Made by a program: the position numbers and the translations under genes
Assembly: GCA_964472495.1 (NCBI GenBank)
Contig: CAYYLD010000001.1
Location: 21,294-85,293, forward strand
From: an uncultured Candidatus Saccharibacteria bacterium
Lineage (GTDB): Bacteria; Patescibacteriota; Minisyncoccia; Portnoybacterales; UBA2143
DNA length: 64,000 bases
Direction: 5' to 3'
Notes under the pieces: model-generated
What the model saw: only the letters and a program-made list of their open reading frames with translations
What the model was told of the DNA's origin: nothing
Databases searched by the model: none
Shown here: positions 30,802 through 39,970 of the stretch, one piece after another
How positions within the stretch are numbered: the first letter of the stretch is position 1
Layout of the letters: each line of letters opens with the position of its first letter

Positions 30802-30816
30802 AATTGCGACCAAAAG

Positions 30817-30843
30817 AAAAACGCCTGGTCAGGGTGTTTTTTT
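30817..30843. terminator. terminator, probably the original tRNA-Pro terminator
   Basis: AAAAACGCC-TGGTCAG-GGTGTTTTTTT just after CGACCA. Confidence 0.6.
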
Positions 30844-30873
30844 ATACCCTTAACAAGGCGCTGTATTTAATGC

Positions 30874-31086
30874 TCAAGGTGAACTGATTTTAATACTTTT
30901 TATTCGGCCACCCCGCTTCTTCATCTTGCCTTGAATCCGGCGAAATTTAATATGACGACATTTAACATTGTTAATTCCCCCGCAATTAGGACAATTTACT
31001 AAAAAACTAGGGTTTCCTTCTCCTTTTCTCTTGACTCTGGAGATATCAATTTCATTACCGCAAGACCGACATCTTATCCAGTCCAT
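30874..31086 (-). CDS. small zinc-ribbon protein
   Basis: CRSC...CPNC; GGAGG SD. Confidence 0.7.
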   Translation of the reverse strand: MDWIRCRSCGNEIDISRVKRKGEGNPSFLVNCPNCGGINNVKCRHIKFRRIQGKMKKRGGRIKSIKISSP

Positions 31087-31408
31087 TATCCTCCCCTTGC
31101 TTAGACCACCATTGTATTTTATATTTCCAGCCAGTCAGCGTTTTTCTTGTTCCATCAAATGAACATTCTTCTGCCCAAGGGGGAGCTCTTAAAAAATGTC
31201 GATGATTCCTACTGCGGTGCACCTGGATACTTTCGTCAACATGACCAGAAACAAAAAAGGGGGCGAAATAGCCATTACTTAATCCAGCGAAAAAAACACC
31301 TTCTGTATGCCGAGTAAGTCCGTCATTCGGCTTTAAACGACACCTTGTCCCAGGCGTTTCAGGAATTTTCTCGTCTTCGGCTAATCTGTGAAATGCTGGT
31401 ACTCCCAT
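31055..31408 (-). CDS. hypothetical protein
   Basis: AAGGAGG SD before ATG 31408; overlaps the next gene start. Confidence 0.6.
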   Translation of the reverse strand: MGVPAFHRLAEDEKIPETPGTRCRLKPNDGLTRHTEGVFFAGLSNGYFAPFFVSGHVDESIQVHRSRNHRHFLRAPPWAEECSFDGTRKTLTGWKYKIQWWSKQGEDNGLDKMSVLR

Positions 31409-31619
31409 ACCTCTCCTCCTTTCCGGGTTTATAAAAAAGAACAAATTAAATGGCTTTACTGACAAGACATTTTTTTCTTAAAATTTCGCTCAAAAAATAG
31501 GTGGTTGTCCGCAAGTTAACGCCAAAGCGTTAACCAATATAGGATTCCCTGTCTATGATGATTAATCTGAAATCTTAAAGAAAAATCTTGGACAGTAAAG
31601 CCATCCTTATTATACCGTC

Positions 31620-31811
31620 TCACCAAATACTTGTCAACGGGTCGGTCGCGGCAATTGTCTCAATCCCTTGACCAAATTGTTTAATCATGTTTCTGGCTCG
31701 ACAAAGAGGACATTTGACTATCCGGCTATCTTCAAAACCAGGATTGACTTCTAGAGGTATAGATTCTTCTCCGCACCACCAACACCTTACTTTGATTTCT
31801 TCCTTTTCCAT
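31620..31811 (-). CDS. small zinc-ribbon protein
   Basis: CWWC...CPLC; GAGG SD. Confidence 0.7.
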   Translation of the reverse strand: MEKEEIKVRCWWCGEESIPLEVNPGFEDSRIVKCPLCRARNMIKQFGQGIETIAATDPLTSIW

Positions 31812-31831
31812 CTTTTCTATTCCTCTCTGTT

Positions 31832-31990
31832 CTAAAATTCGTTTGGATTAATAACAATAACCTTGCCGTTCTTTTTCTTCTCAACTATGTTCTTAAAGCC
31901 GCAACGGGGACATTCAATTGCCCTTTTTTTGTCCAAAGAACCGTCCTTGAATATAATTCTTTTCCGACAACCCTGACATTCTAACTTCAT
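31832..31990 (-). CDS. small zinc-ribbon protein
   Basis: MKLECQGC...CPRC; AGGAGG SD. Confidence 0.7.
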   Translation of the reverse strand: MKLECQGCRKRIIFKDGSLDKKRAIECPRCGFKNIVEKKKNGKVIVINPNEF

Positions 31991-32252
31991 TCCCTCCCTC
32001 CTTTCTGTTGTTAAAATGTTAAAGGACAAAACAAAAAACTGACCGGAGAGGTCAGCTTCTTTAAATCTTCTAATATATCTTAATTAAAATGCTCAAAAAG
32101 CTGATCTCTCGAGGTCAGTAAAGTAGGCAAAATAGAACCAAAAACCGGACGGATTTTGACTGAAATCAGTAAAAATATCTAGTTTATTCAAGCTGTCTAA
32201 CATATTGATTAATTTAATCTTTAACCGAATGAGTGTCAAGGGGATAATCTGG

Positions 32253-33341
32253 CTAATCCTTTTCTAGTCCCAAAACCTTGACCAATTGCCTGACTAAGCT
32301 GACGACCACCGGCGGAGCCAACAAACTATAAACTTCTTGACCTTGGTCGTCTTTAATTATCCAGGGCTTTTCGGTCATTTTGACTTTGCCTGTCCGAGAA
32401 TCGAACTGATAGCTGTATTCCGGGGTAATTTCATAATCATCAACATATTGTTTAGCCAATTTAACTGGAACAGAATTCCTTAAAAGAATCTTGGGGATGC
32501 CGTGCAAGGAAAAGATTTTATCAATCAGCTGACTATCTAAGGTCAATCTGTCTCTAATGGATTCGATGCCTAAATTATCACCTTCTTTAGCGACCATCCT
32601 GGCCTTCCGGCACTGCGGGTCATCACAAATTAAATAAAACTCTTTTTTCTTTTGGTCATAGCCAATTTCTTTAGTCGGGAACAGTTTCAAACTGCGCGGC
32701 GTCTGGCATTTTGGACAAACGACTCGGTTCTTCATTCTGGCGTCAATGACCGATTCCGGAATATCAATAGCTATAAAAATATCCGGGTCGTCCCGATAAT
32801 TAATCAAATCCCTGAAAAACAAAGAGTAAGAAACCTGGTCCAAATCTCTGGGGAAGCCGTCAATAAAAAGAGATTTTCTGGGTAATTTGTCTATCTCTCT
32901 TTTAAGCAAGGCCAGAATAAACTCGGTCGGCAAAAGGGACTTGGTGCTGCGGCCGGACAAGGACTCGAAAACCTCTTTAATAGAAATATAGCCGCGATAA
33001 TTGCTGGATAAATAATCTAATAATTCCTGTTTCCTCTTCTTGTTTTTTATCTCTTGATGAACGGCTCTGACAATGTCGCCAACGGAAATATGGTTGATTT
33101 TGTCTGAACCGAAAATCTCCATCATTAACTTGGTATAGGTTCCTTTGCCGGCATTCTTTTTACCCAAAAAGTAGGCGATAAAAGTATTTCGCTTAAGGTA
33201 ATTCCTTAAAAGGGTAACTTCTTGGCCGACTTTAGCCTGGAAATATTTTTTTCGTTCCTTGGGGCCAGCCAAATCAAACCCTTTAGTTAATCCCCTGACT
33301 TTTGTTTTGGCTAAAGGAAATTCTTTCCTTTGAGCTTTCAT
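32253..33341 (-). CDS. nucleoside monophosphate kinase (extended adenylate kinase-like)
   Basis: P-loop GKKNAGKGT, HISVGDIVR, FIDGFPR, Zn-lid CPKC...CDDPQC. Confidence 0.85.
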   Translation of the reverse strand: MKAQRKEFPLAKTKVRGLTKGFDLAGPKERKKYFQAKVGQEVTLLRNYLKRNTFIAYFLGKKNAGKGTYTKLMMEIFGSDKINHISVGDIVRAVHQEIKNKKRKQELLDYLSSNYRGYISIKEVFESLSGRSTKSLLPTEFILALLKREIDKLPRKSLFIDGFPRDLDQVSYSLFFRDLINYRDDPDIFIAIDIPESVIDARMKNRVVCPKCQTPRSLKLFPTKEIGYDQKKKEFYLICDDPQCRKARMVAKEGDNLGIESIRDRLTLDSQLIDKIFSLHGIPKILLRNSVPVKLAKQYVDDYEITPEYSYQFDSRTGKVKMTEKPWIIKDDQGQEVYSLLAPPVVVSLVRQLVKVLGLEKD

Positions 33342-33400
33342 ATGGTTATAAATATTTAATCAGATAGTTCAGATTAGCAAAAAAAATGCTTATTGGCAAG

Positions 33401-34270
33401 CTATTCGGTTGTGGCTATTTCAAACCAAATTCCATCAGTATAAATTTGGATACGGCCGTCTCTGTCGGTTCGGTAAACTGAAAAATCTTTTAATCGTTTC
33501 AAAACATCTGAATGAGGATGACCGTAACGATTCTCTTGACCAACCGAAATAATGGCTACTTGAGGATTAACCGCCTCCAAAAACTTTTGGCTGCTGGAGG
33601 TTTTGCTGCCGTGATGAGGCACTTTTAAAACATCTGACCTTAATCGGTCAACCGGCCAATGACTAACTAAATATTGTTCAACGTCCTTCTCAATATCGCC
33701 AGTTAAAAGAAATTCCATCTGGTCGTAAACTAAGCGGCCGACCACAGAAACATTATTAGCTTTTTGGGCTAAATACTTAGTTGAGGACTGTTCCGGCCAA
33801 AGAACTTCCAAAGACGGACCGGCCGGGAAAATAATTTTTTGGCCGGTCTGAGCTATGGTCAAAGGAATACTTTTTTCAGCAACTAAATCCTCCCATCTTT
33901 GATAAACAGCTGTCTCTTTTCGGAAGCCGCTGGTTAGAATATGGCCGATTTGATAATAATTAAGCACCTCCACTAAACCAGTGATGTGGTCAGCGTCAGG
34001 ATGGGTTAAAATAATTAAATCAATGGTCCGGTCATAAAAAGGCATTACTTGATTCAATTCTGCCAAAACTGCTTTATCAGGTCCGCCGTCGATCAAAACC
34101 TGCCGACCAGCCGGCGTCTCAATAAAAATACTATCTCCTTGTCCGACATCAAAGAAATAAACCTCTAAAAGATTATCCGGGGCTTGCCAAAAAACAGCTG
34201 ACCAAATAAGAATAGCAGTGATAGAAAGGATAATTAGGATTAAGTAAGTAAACCTTTTGACCTGGAACAT
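33401..34270 (-). CDS. ComEC-type MBL-fold domain protein
   Basis: FDVGQGD, THPDADH, LKVPHHGS, NRYGHP. Confidence 0.93.
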   Translation of the reverse strand: MFQVKRFTYLILIILSITAILIWSAVFWQAPDNLLEVYFFDVGQGDSIFIETPAGRQVLIDGGPDKAVLAELNQVMPFYDRTIDLIILTHPDADHITGLVEVLNYYQIGHILTSGFRKETAVYQRWEDLVAEKSIPLTIAQTGQKIIFPAGPSLEVLWPEQSSTKYLAQKANNVSVVGRLVYDQMEFLLTGDIEKDVEQYLVSHWPVDRLRSDVLKVPHHGSKTSSSQKFLEAVNPQVAIISVGQENRYGHPHSDVLKRLKDFSVYRTDRDGRIQIYTDGIWFEIATTE

Positions 34271-35691
34271 CTGTTAATAATTATAATTAAAAGCGAATAA
34301 TATCCTAATAAAATTATCCAGGAAATATTATTAAATTGATAAGCGGCCAAGGGGAAAGAGGAAAGGTAATCAACTACTTTAACCAGATAAGTTAATAATA
34401 GCCAAACCGGCCAGGTGATTGCTTTAGCTAAAGCCAGCCAAATTAAACCACTGAAACTTAAAATTATCCCAGACATCATCATTAGTGGCAAAAAAGGAAC
34501 AATTAATAGGTTGGCTAAAGGTGAAATTAAAGAAAGTCGGCCAAAGTGGAAAATTAAAACCGGCAAAGTACCTAATTGAGCGGCTAAAGTCATAGTCAGA
34601 ATATCTTTTAAGCGAGCTGGATTAGGCCAATTGGCTGTTCGCTTATCTAAAATTGGTTTGAGATAAATAATACTTAGAGTGGCTAAAAAAGATAACTGGA
34701 AACCAACATCTGATTCTAAAAGAAGAGGACTAACCGCTAGCATGGCGGTGGCCGCTAAAACGACCGCCCGGTCAGCGCTGCGCAAACGACCGACTTTTTG
34801 GGCTAATAAGAGCAGGCCGGCCATCAGGCCAGCCCTCACAGCCGAAGCTGGCGCACCAATCATTAGAATATAGATAATCAGAAAAAAGAGAACAAAATAG
34901 AAAGCTTGACCCCGCCAAAGACCGATAGCCAAGGCCAGGAAAAGCAGAATCTGTGACATAATAATCATGTGCATGCCCGAAATGGCGACAATGTGGCGAG
35001 TACCAGTAATATTCAATTTATCTTTCAAATTATCGGCTAATCCCCATTTATCGCCTAAAAAGATAGCTTTGAGAATACTGCCTTGGGGCGGTAAGAGGGT
35101 TTGGTCAATGATTTTTCTTAATCTATCCTTGAAATTAAAAATTATTTGAGTACACCAAGGGCTTTGATTTTTAGCTAAGTAGTTAATCTGGGGATTATAA
35201 ATAACCGAATAGATTTTATCTTTGGCCAAATATTGGCGGTAATCAAAATCTTCAAATTGAGCCGGTTGTTTTAACTGACCGTTAATTTCTAATCGGTCGC
35301 CATAACTATATTCCGGATAAAGCTCCGTAGTAATCAAAATCCTCCCGGGAATTCCTTCGGCTTCAAATTCAAATTTCTGCTGATTAATTCTCTGCTCTGG
35401 CTCGTCAACAACAATTCCTGATAGAGTCATTGACTGTTCATAATATTGATGAAGCTTTTCCAATTCAGCCGGCTGAGCAGCTATTTGATGTCGCCAAAAA
35501 CCACTAATTAAAACCAACAAGCAAAAGCCAACTAAGGCCAAAACCTTAGATTTAGAATAAAGGATAATCAAGAGGAAAGCTAAAACAAAAATTCCCCACC
35601 AAATTAGCCGGGGAATTTTGATTAAAGAATCCAGAACAATACCACTGATAAAAGCCAGACAGAAACAGAGAAGGATCTTGGATTTAGTCAT
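34240..35691 (-). CDS. comEC: ComEC/Rec2 competence membrane protein
   Basis: HIVAISGMH, SAVRA, DVGFQLSF, LISPLANL. Confidence 0.93.
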   Translation of the reverse strand: MTKSKILLCFCLAFISGIVLDSLIKIPRLIWWGIFVLAFLLIILYSKSKVLALVGFCLLVLISGFWRHQIAAQPAELEKLHQYYEQSMTLSGIVVDEPEQRINQQKFEFEAEGIPGRILITTELYPEYSYGDRLEINGQLKQPAQFEDFDYRQYLAKDKIYSVIYNPQINYLAKNQSPWCTQIIFNFKDRLRKIIDQTLLPPQGSILKAIFLGDKWGLADNLKDKLNITGTRHIVAISGMHMIIMSQILLFLALAIGLWRGQAFYFVLFFLIIYILMIGAPASAVRAGLMAGLLLLAQKVGRLRSADRAVVLAATAMLAVSPLLLESDVGFQLSFLATLSIIYLKPILDKRTANWPNPARLKDILTMTLAAQLGTLPVLIFHFGRLSLISPLANLLIVPFLPLMMMSGIILSFSGLIWLALAKAITWPVWLLLTYLVKVVDYLSSFPLAAYQFNNISWIILLGYYSLLIIIINRCSRSKGLLT

Positions 35692-36390
35692 TTATATTCT
35701 CAAAACCGCTTTTTCAGGATAAGGTTTTAATATCTCCAAAAATTTCCTTAAAGTTTCCTCAGAATAAGGTTTTATCTTTTTAAAACGCTCGTCTAAAGCT
35801 TTTTGATTTTGGAATTGCTGGAGGGCAATCAGTTTAACTCCTTGAAGCCATTGACCAATTTTCCTGATTTCTTTTTGACCGACGATGGTCGGGATAACCG
35901 TGATTCTAAATTCATAATCAAGACCACTGTCTTTAATCAAATCAATACTTTTTTGGATATTCTCTAAATTAATCTTTAAGCCAGCTGCTTGGGAATATCT
36001 TTCTGGTGAAGATTTAATATCCATAGCCAGATAATCAACCAATTTCTTTTTAATCAATTTGTCTAATACTGATGGATTATAACCATTGGTATCTAATTTA
36101 ACCAAAAATCCTAAATTTTTTATCTGACGAATAAATTTAGGTAAGTCCCGCTGGATAGTCGGTTCGCCACCGGTCAGACAGACTCCTTCCAATAATCCTT
36201 GACGAGATTTCAAAAAATCGAAAAAATCTTTTTCAGTAATTTGCGGTTGTTTCTTTATTTGTTCGGGAAGGACTAACTCCGGATTCTGACAAAAGGGACA
36301 TCTAAAATTACAGCCACTGCTGAAAACAGTGGCCGCAATTTTTGAAGGATAGTCGACTAAAGTTAGTTTTTGCAGTCCGCCAAGCAGCAT
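35692..36390 (-). CDS. nrdG: anaerobic ribonucleotide reductase activating enzyme (radical SAM)
   Basis: CNFRCPFC, TGGEPT, KLDTNG; adjacent to nrdD. Confidence 0.93.
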   Translation of the reverse strand: MLLGGLQKLTLVDYPSKIAATVFSSGCNFRCPFCQNPELVLPEQIKKQPQITEKDFFDFLKSRQGLLEGVCLTGGEPTIQRDLPKFIRQIKNLGFLVKLDTNGYNPSVLDKLIKKKLVDYLAMDIKSSPERYSQAAGLKINLENIQKSIDLIKDSGLDYEFRITVIPTIVGQKEIRKIGQWLQGVKLIALQQFQNQKALDERFKKIKPYSEETLRKFLEILKPYPEKAVLRI

Positions 36391-36397
36391 AAGATAA

Positions 36398-38509
36398 TTA
36401 ATCCCCGGGATTAAATTTGAATTCCTTCCTTTCTTTAAACTCTTGCTGTTTACCCATATTCCATTGACTAACCGGTCTTAAATATCCAACCACTCGGGAA
36501 TAAACTTCACAGGGTTGTTTAATAGTACATTTGGGACAGTAAAAATGTTCTCCGGCGATATAGCCGTGAGTAGGACAAATTGAGAAAGTAGGGGTCAGCG
36601 TAATATAGGGTAAATGGAATTTTTCAAAAATCTTCTTAATTAAATTCTTGACTGTTTGAATATCAGAAACTTTCTCTCCTAAAAAGAGATGGAGAACGGT
36701 CCCCCCGGTATACTGACATTGAATTTTATCCTGAAGTTCTAGGGCCTTAAACATATCATCGGTAGAATCAACCGGCAATTGAGAACTATTGGTATAATAC
36801 GGTAGTTTTTTGGTGCCGGCCGTAATGATATCTGGATATTTTTCTCTATCAATTTTTGCTTGTCGATAACTTGTTCCTTCGCCGGGAGTAGCCTCAAGAT
36901 TATACAGATTACCAGTTTCTTCTTGATATTTTATTAATCTCTGACGCATAAAATCTAAAATCTCCAGAGTGAATCTTCTTCCCCGTTGAGAAACAACATT
37001 CTCTTCAATGAAATTTAAAAGAGATTCATTCATTCCGATTAAACCAATAGTTGAGAAATGATTTCCAAAATAAGAACCTCTTACTTTTTTAACCGAAGCT
37101 AAGTAGTGTTTTGAATATGGATAGAGGCCTTTCTCCATAAAATTATCTAAGGCCTTTCTTTTAATTTCTAAACTTTCTTTGGCTAAATCCATTAAATGCG
37201 TCAATCTTTGGAAGAATTCCTTTTTAGTTTTAGAAAGATAACCAATTCTGGGCATATTTATGGTGACCACCCCAATACTTCCTGTCAGCGGAGCTGAACC
37301 AAAAAGACCGCCTCCTCTTTTATAAAGTTCTTTATTTGACAAACGAAGTCGACAACACATTGACCTGAAGTCTTCAGGATTCATATCAGATCGGACAAAA
37401 TTTTGGAAATAATTTACCCCGTATTTAGCCGTCGCTTCCCACATCGGCTCTAAGGCTGGTCTATCCCAATCAAAATCTTTGGTAATAGAAACTGTCGGGA
37501 TAGGAAAAGTAAACGGTTTGCCTTTGGCATCCCCTTTCATCAATACTTCATAAAAAGCCCGATTGACCATATCCATTTCTTCTTGAAATTGGCCGTAAGT
37601 TTCTCTTTTGGGCTGTCCGCCAATGATTACCGGCTGTTTAGCTAAAAAAGTTGGGGGGGTGATATCGAGAGTCACATTAAGAAACGGAGTCTGGAAGCCT
37701 ACTCTGGTCGGCACCATACAGTTGTATAAAAATTCCTGCATGGCCTGTCTAACTTGAGAATAATTCAAATTGTCATAACGAATAAAGGGAGCTAACAAAG
37801 TATCAAAATTTGAAACAGCTTCAGCACCGGCCGCTTCACCCTGAAGCGTATAAAAGAAATTAACTAATTGACCCAAAGCTGTCCTAAAATGTTTGGCTGG
37901 CCGGGATTCTAATTTTCCTGAGACGCCGCCAAAACCCCGCAACAACAAATCGTAAAGATCCCAGCCCATGCAATAGCAGGCCAGGGTCTCTAAATCATGA
38001 ATGTGAAAATCTTCGTTAGTGGCTGCCTCTCTTATTTCTTTTGGGTAAATTTTGTTTAACCAATATTTCTTAGCAACGGCAGCCATGCCATATTGATTCA
38101 ATCCCTGTAAAGAATAAGTCATATTGGCATTTTCCTGAATTTGCCAGTCAAGTTCCTGGATGTATCTATCAACCATTTCAGTTGATTCGTCTACAACAGC
38201 CACCGCTTCTCTAATTCTTCTCCTTTGTTCTCTATATAAAATATAAGCTTTAGCTGTTTCGACCAGGCCTTCTAAAATTAAAACTTCTTCGACAATATCC
38301 TGAACTTCTTCAACTTTAGGAACTTCTTCTTTTTTGAAACGGCGTTCCAGTAAATCCAATACTTTATCAGAAAGACGTTTAGCTTTGCGACCGTTACCCT
38401 GATGAGTGGCTGTTAAGGCCTTATAAATCGCCTGAGTAATCTTCTCTTGCTCAAAATCAACCACTCGACCATCTCTTTTAATAATCTTAACTATTTTGTT
38501 CTTAACCAT
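36398..38509 (-). CDS. nrdD: class III ribonucleoside-triphosphate reductase with ATP cone
   Basis: N-terminal KRDG ATP cone, SMCCRL, EATPGE, glycyl-radical motif YSRVVGYLRP. Confidence 0.95.
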   Translation of the reverse strand: MVKNKIVKIIKRDGRVVDFEQEKITQAIYKALTATHQGNGRKAKRLSDKVLDLLERRFKKEEVPKVEEVQDIVEEVLILEGLVETAKAYILYREQRRRIREAVAVVDESTEMVDRYIQELDWQIQENANMTYSLQGLNQYGMAAVAKKYWLNKIYPKEIREAATNEDFHIHDLETLACYCMGWDLYDLLLRGFGGVSGKLESRPAKHFRTALGQLVNFFYTLQGEAAGAEAVSNFDTLLAPFIRYDNLNYSQVRQAMQEFLYNCMVPTRVGFQTPFLNVTLDITPPTFLAKQPVIIGGQPKRETYGQFQEEMDMVNRAFYEVLMKGDAKGKPFTFPIPTVSITKDFDWDRPALEPMWEATAKYGVNYFQNFVRSDMNPEDFRSMCCRLRLSNKELYKRGGGLFGSAPLTGSIGVVTINMPRIGYLSKTKKEFFQRLTHLMDLAKESLEIKRKALDNFMEKGLYPYSKHYLASVKKVRGSYFGNHFSTIGLIGMNESLLNFIEENVVSQRGRRFTLEILDFMRQRLIKYQEETGNLYNLEATPGEGTSYRQAKIDREKYPDIITAGTKKLPYYTNSSQLPVDSTDDMFKALELQDKIQCQYTGGTVLHLFLGEKVSDIQTVKNLIKKIFEKFHLPYITLTPTFSICPTHGYIAGEHFYCPKCTIKQPCEVYSRVVGYLRPVSQWNMGKQQEFKERKEFKFNPGD

Positions 38510-38692
38510 CTTGCTAAGCAGCCCAGCCAACAGACAACCCTTTTAAAAAAGGATTATCCTTGGTCAGTCAACTTTTATATTTATCAACAATAACTCTATT
38601 TTACTCCAATGACCAAAACTGGTCAAACTAATTCAAAAAGAAACAGCCATCCGAAATTGGCTGGCTGTTTCAATCAACTTATTTATCAAAAT

Positions 38693-39805
38693 TTATTTCA
38701 TCTTTCTTCTGATAAAAGCGGGAATATCCCATTCGCTTTCCGGCTCTTCCACCTCTTTGGGCTTAAATTCCATTCTCTTTCTCGTTTTTTCTTCAATCTG
38801 ATTAATCGGCGAAATATCCTGAATCTTTGGTTCGCCGGCTTTCCTCATCACCTCGTCAAAGCCCGTAGCGATAACGGTAATTTTAATCTCGCCTTTCTTC
38901 AATTTATCATCAACTACCGCTCCGAAAATGACTTTGGCCTCCGGGTCGACTGATTCAACAATTATCTTGGCCGCTTCGTTAATTTCGGCCATGGCCAAGT
39001 CTGGACCACCGCTAACATTAAAGAGAACTCCTTTAGCTCCGTCGATAGAAATTTCTAGCAAAGGCGAATTAATGGCTACCTTAGCCGCTTCAATGGCCCG
39101 GTCGTCGCCAGTTGCTCGACCGATACCCATCAAAGCTGAACCAGCATTCTCCATAATCGCTTTGACGTCAGCAAAATCAACATTAACAATACCAGGCGTG
39201 ATAACTAAGTCGGAAATACCCTGAACGGCTTGTCTCAAAACATCATCAACCACTGAAAAGGCATCGGTCAACGAAGTTTTATGGTCAATCACTGAAAGAA
39301 GTTTGTCATTAGGAATAGTAATTAAAGTATCAACTTTATCGCGTAACTGGTTGAGACCATCTTCGGCGATGCGCATTCGCTGGAGACCCTCAAAGGTGAA
39401 CGGTTTAGTGACCACAGCTACCGTTAAAGCGCCGGAATCGCGGGCTGCTTCGGCAATAATCGGACTAGCGCCAGTCCCAGTACCGCCACCCATGCCACAA
39501 GTAACAAAAACCATATCAGCTCCTTTGACCACTTGATGAATTTCGTCACGATTCTCTTCAGCTGCCTGACGGCCAAGTTCTGGATTCATACCGGCTCCCA
39601 GCCCTTTAGTTAGATTCTTGCCGATATGGAGTTTCTCTGATGAATTAACATGATGTAGATCTTGAGCATCGGTATTGATGGCCACAAAATCTACTCCGTG
39701 AATTTTACAGGCCATCATTCGAGAAATGGCGTTGCCACCGCTCCCGCCAATGCCGACCACTTTAATTTTAGCAAAAGTTTCGACAGCTGGTTTTACTTGA
39801 GCCAT
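38693..39805 (-). CDS. ftsZ: cell division protein FtsZ
   Basis: GMGGGTGTG, NVDFAD, C-terminal DIPAFIRR. Confidence 0.98.
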   Translation of the reverse strand: MAQVKPAVETFAKIKVVGIGGSGGNAISRMMACKIHGVDFVAINTDAQDLHHVNSSEKLHIGKNLTKGLGAGMNPELGRQAAEENRDEIHQVVKGADMVFVTCGMGGGTGTGASPIIAEAARDSGALTVAVVTKPFTFEGLQRMRIAEDGLNQLRDKVDTLITIPNDKLLSVIDHKTSLTDAFSVVDDVLRQAVQGISDLVITPGIVNVDFADVKAIMENAGSALMGIGRATGDDRAIEAAKVAINSPLLEISIDGAKGVLFNVSGGPDLAMAEINEAAKIIVESVDPEAKVIFGAVVDDKLKKGEIKITVIATGFDEVMRKAGEPKIQDISPINQIEEKTRKRMEFKPKEVEEPESEWDIPAFIRRKMK

Positions 39806-39970
39806 ATGATTACTTAAGCAACTCATTAAGCAACAATGAGGAGTTTATTGACCCTCCTCATTGTTCTCAACGGCCCTAAAATGTTTCTCCTTAAATTAGC
39901 ACAACTATTTTAATAAGGCAAGCTTTTTAAGTCAAGGGTATAATTTCGAGAGAGCTCCTTGAAATTATGC

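Larger units (their letters stand above)
25162..30810. mobile_element. tRNA-Pro-integrated island with 127-bp terminal inverted repeats and no recombinase
   Basis: Perfect IR at both ends; CGAC direct repeat at 25160-25163 and 30807-30810, the latter followed by CA and a terminator. Confidence 0.75.

Noticed and set aside
30631-30870. 79-aa ORF across the right repeat arm
   Set aside because: TTG start without SD; lies on the repeat, att-like site and terminator.
33401-35691. ComEC split into two ORFs as a frameshifted pseudogene
   Set aside because: The second ORF has its own start and TM anchor, and separate membrane and MBL genes are a known arrangement.
39834-39864. Hairpin between ftsA and ftsZ as a novel RNA
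   Set aside because: A single short stem-loop, consistent with an ordinary mRNA stability or terminator element.
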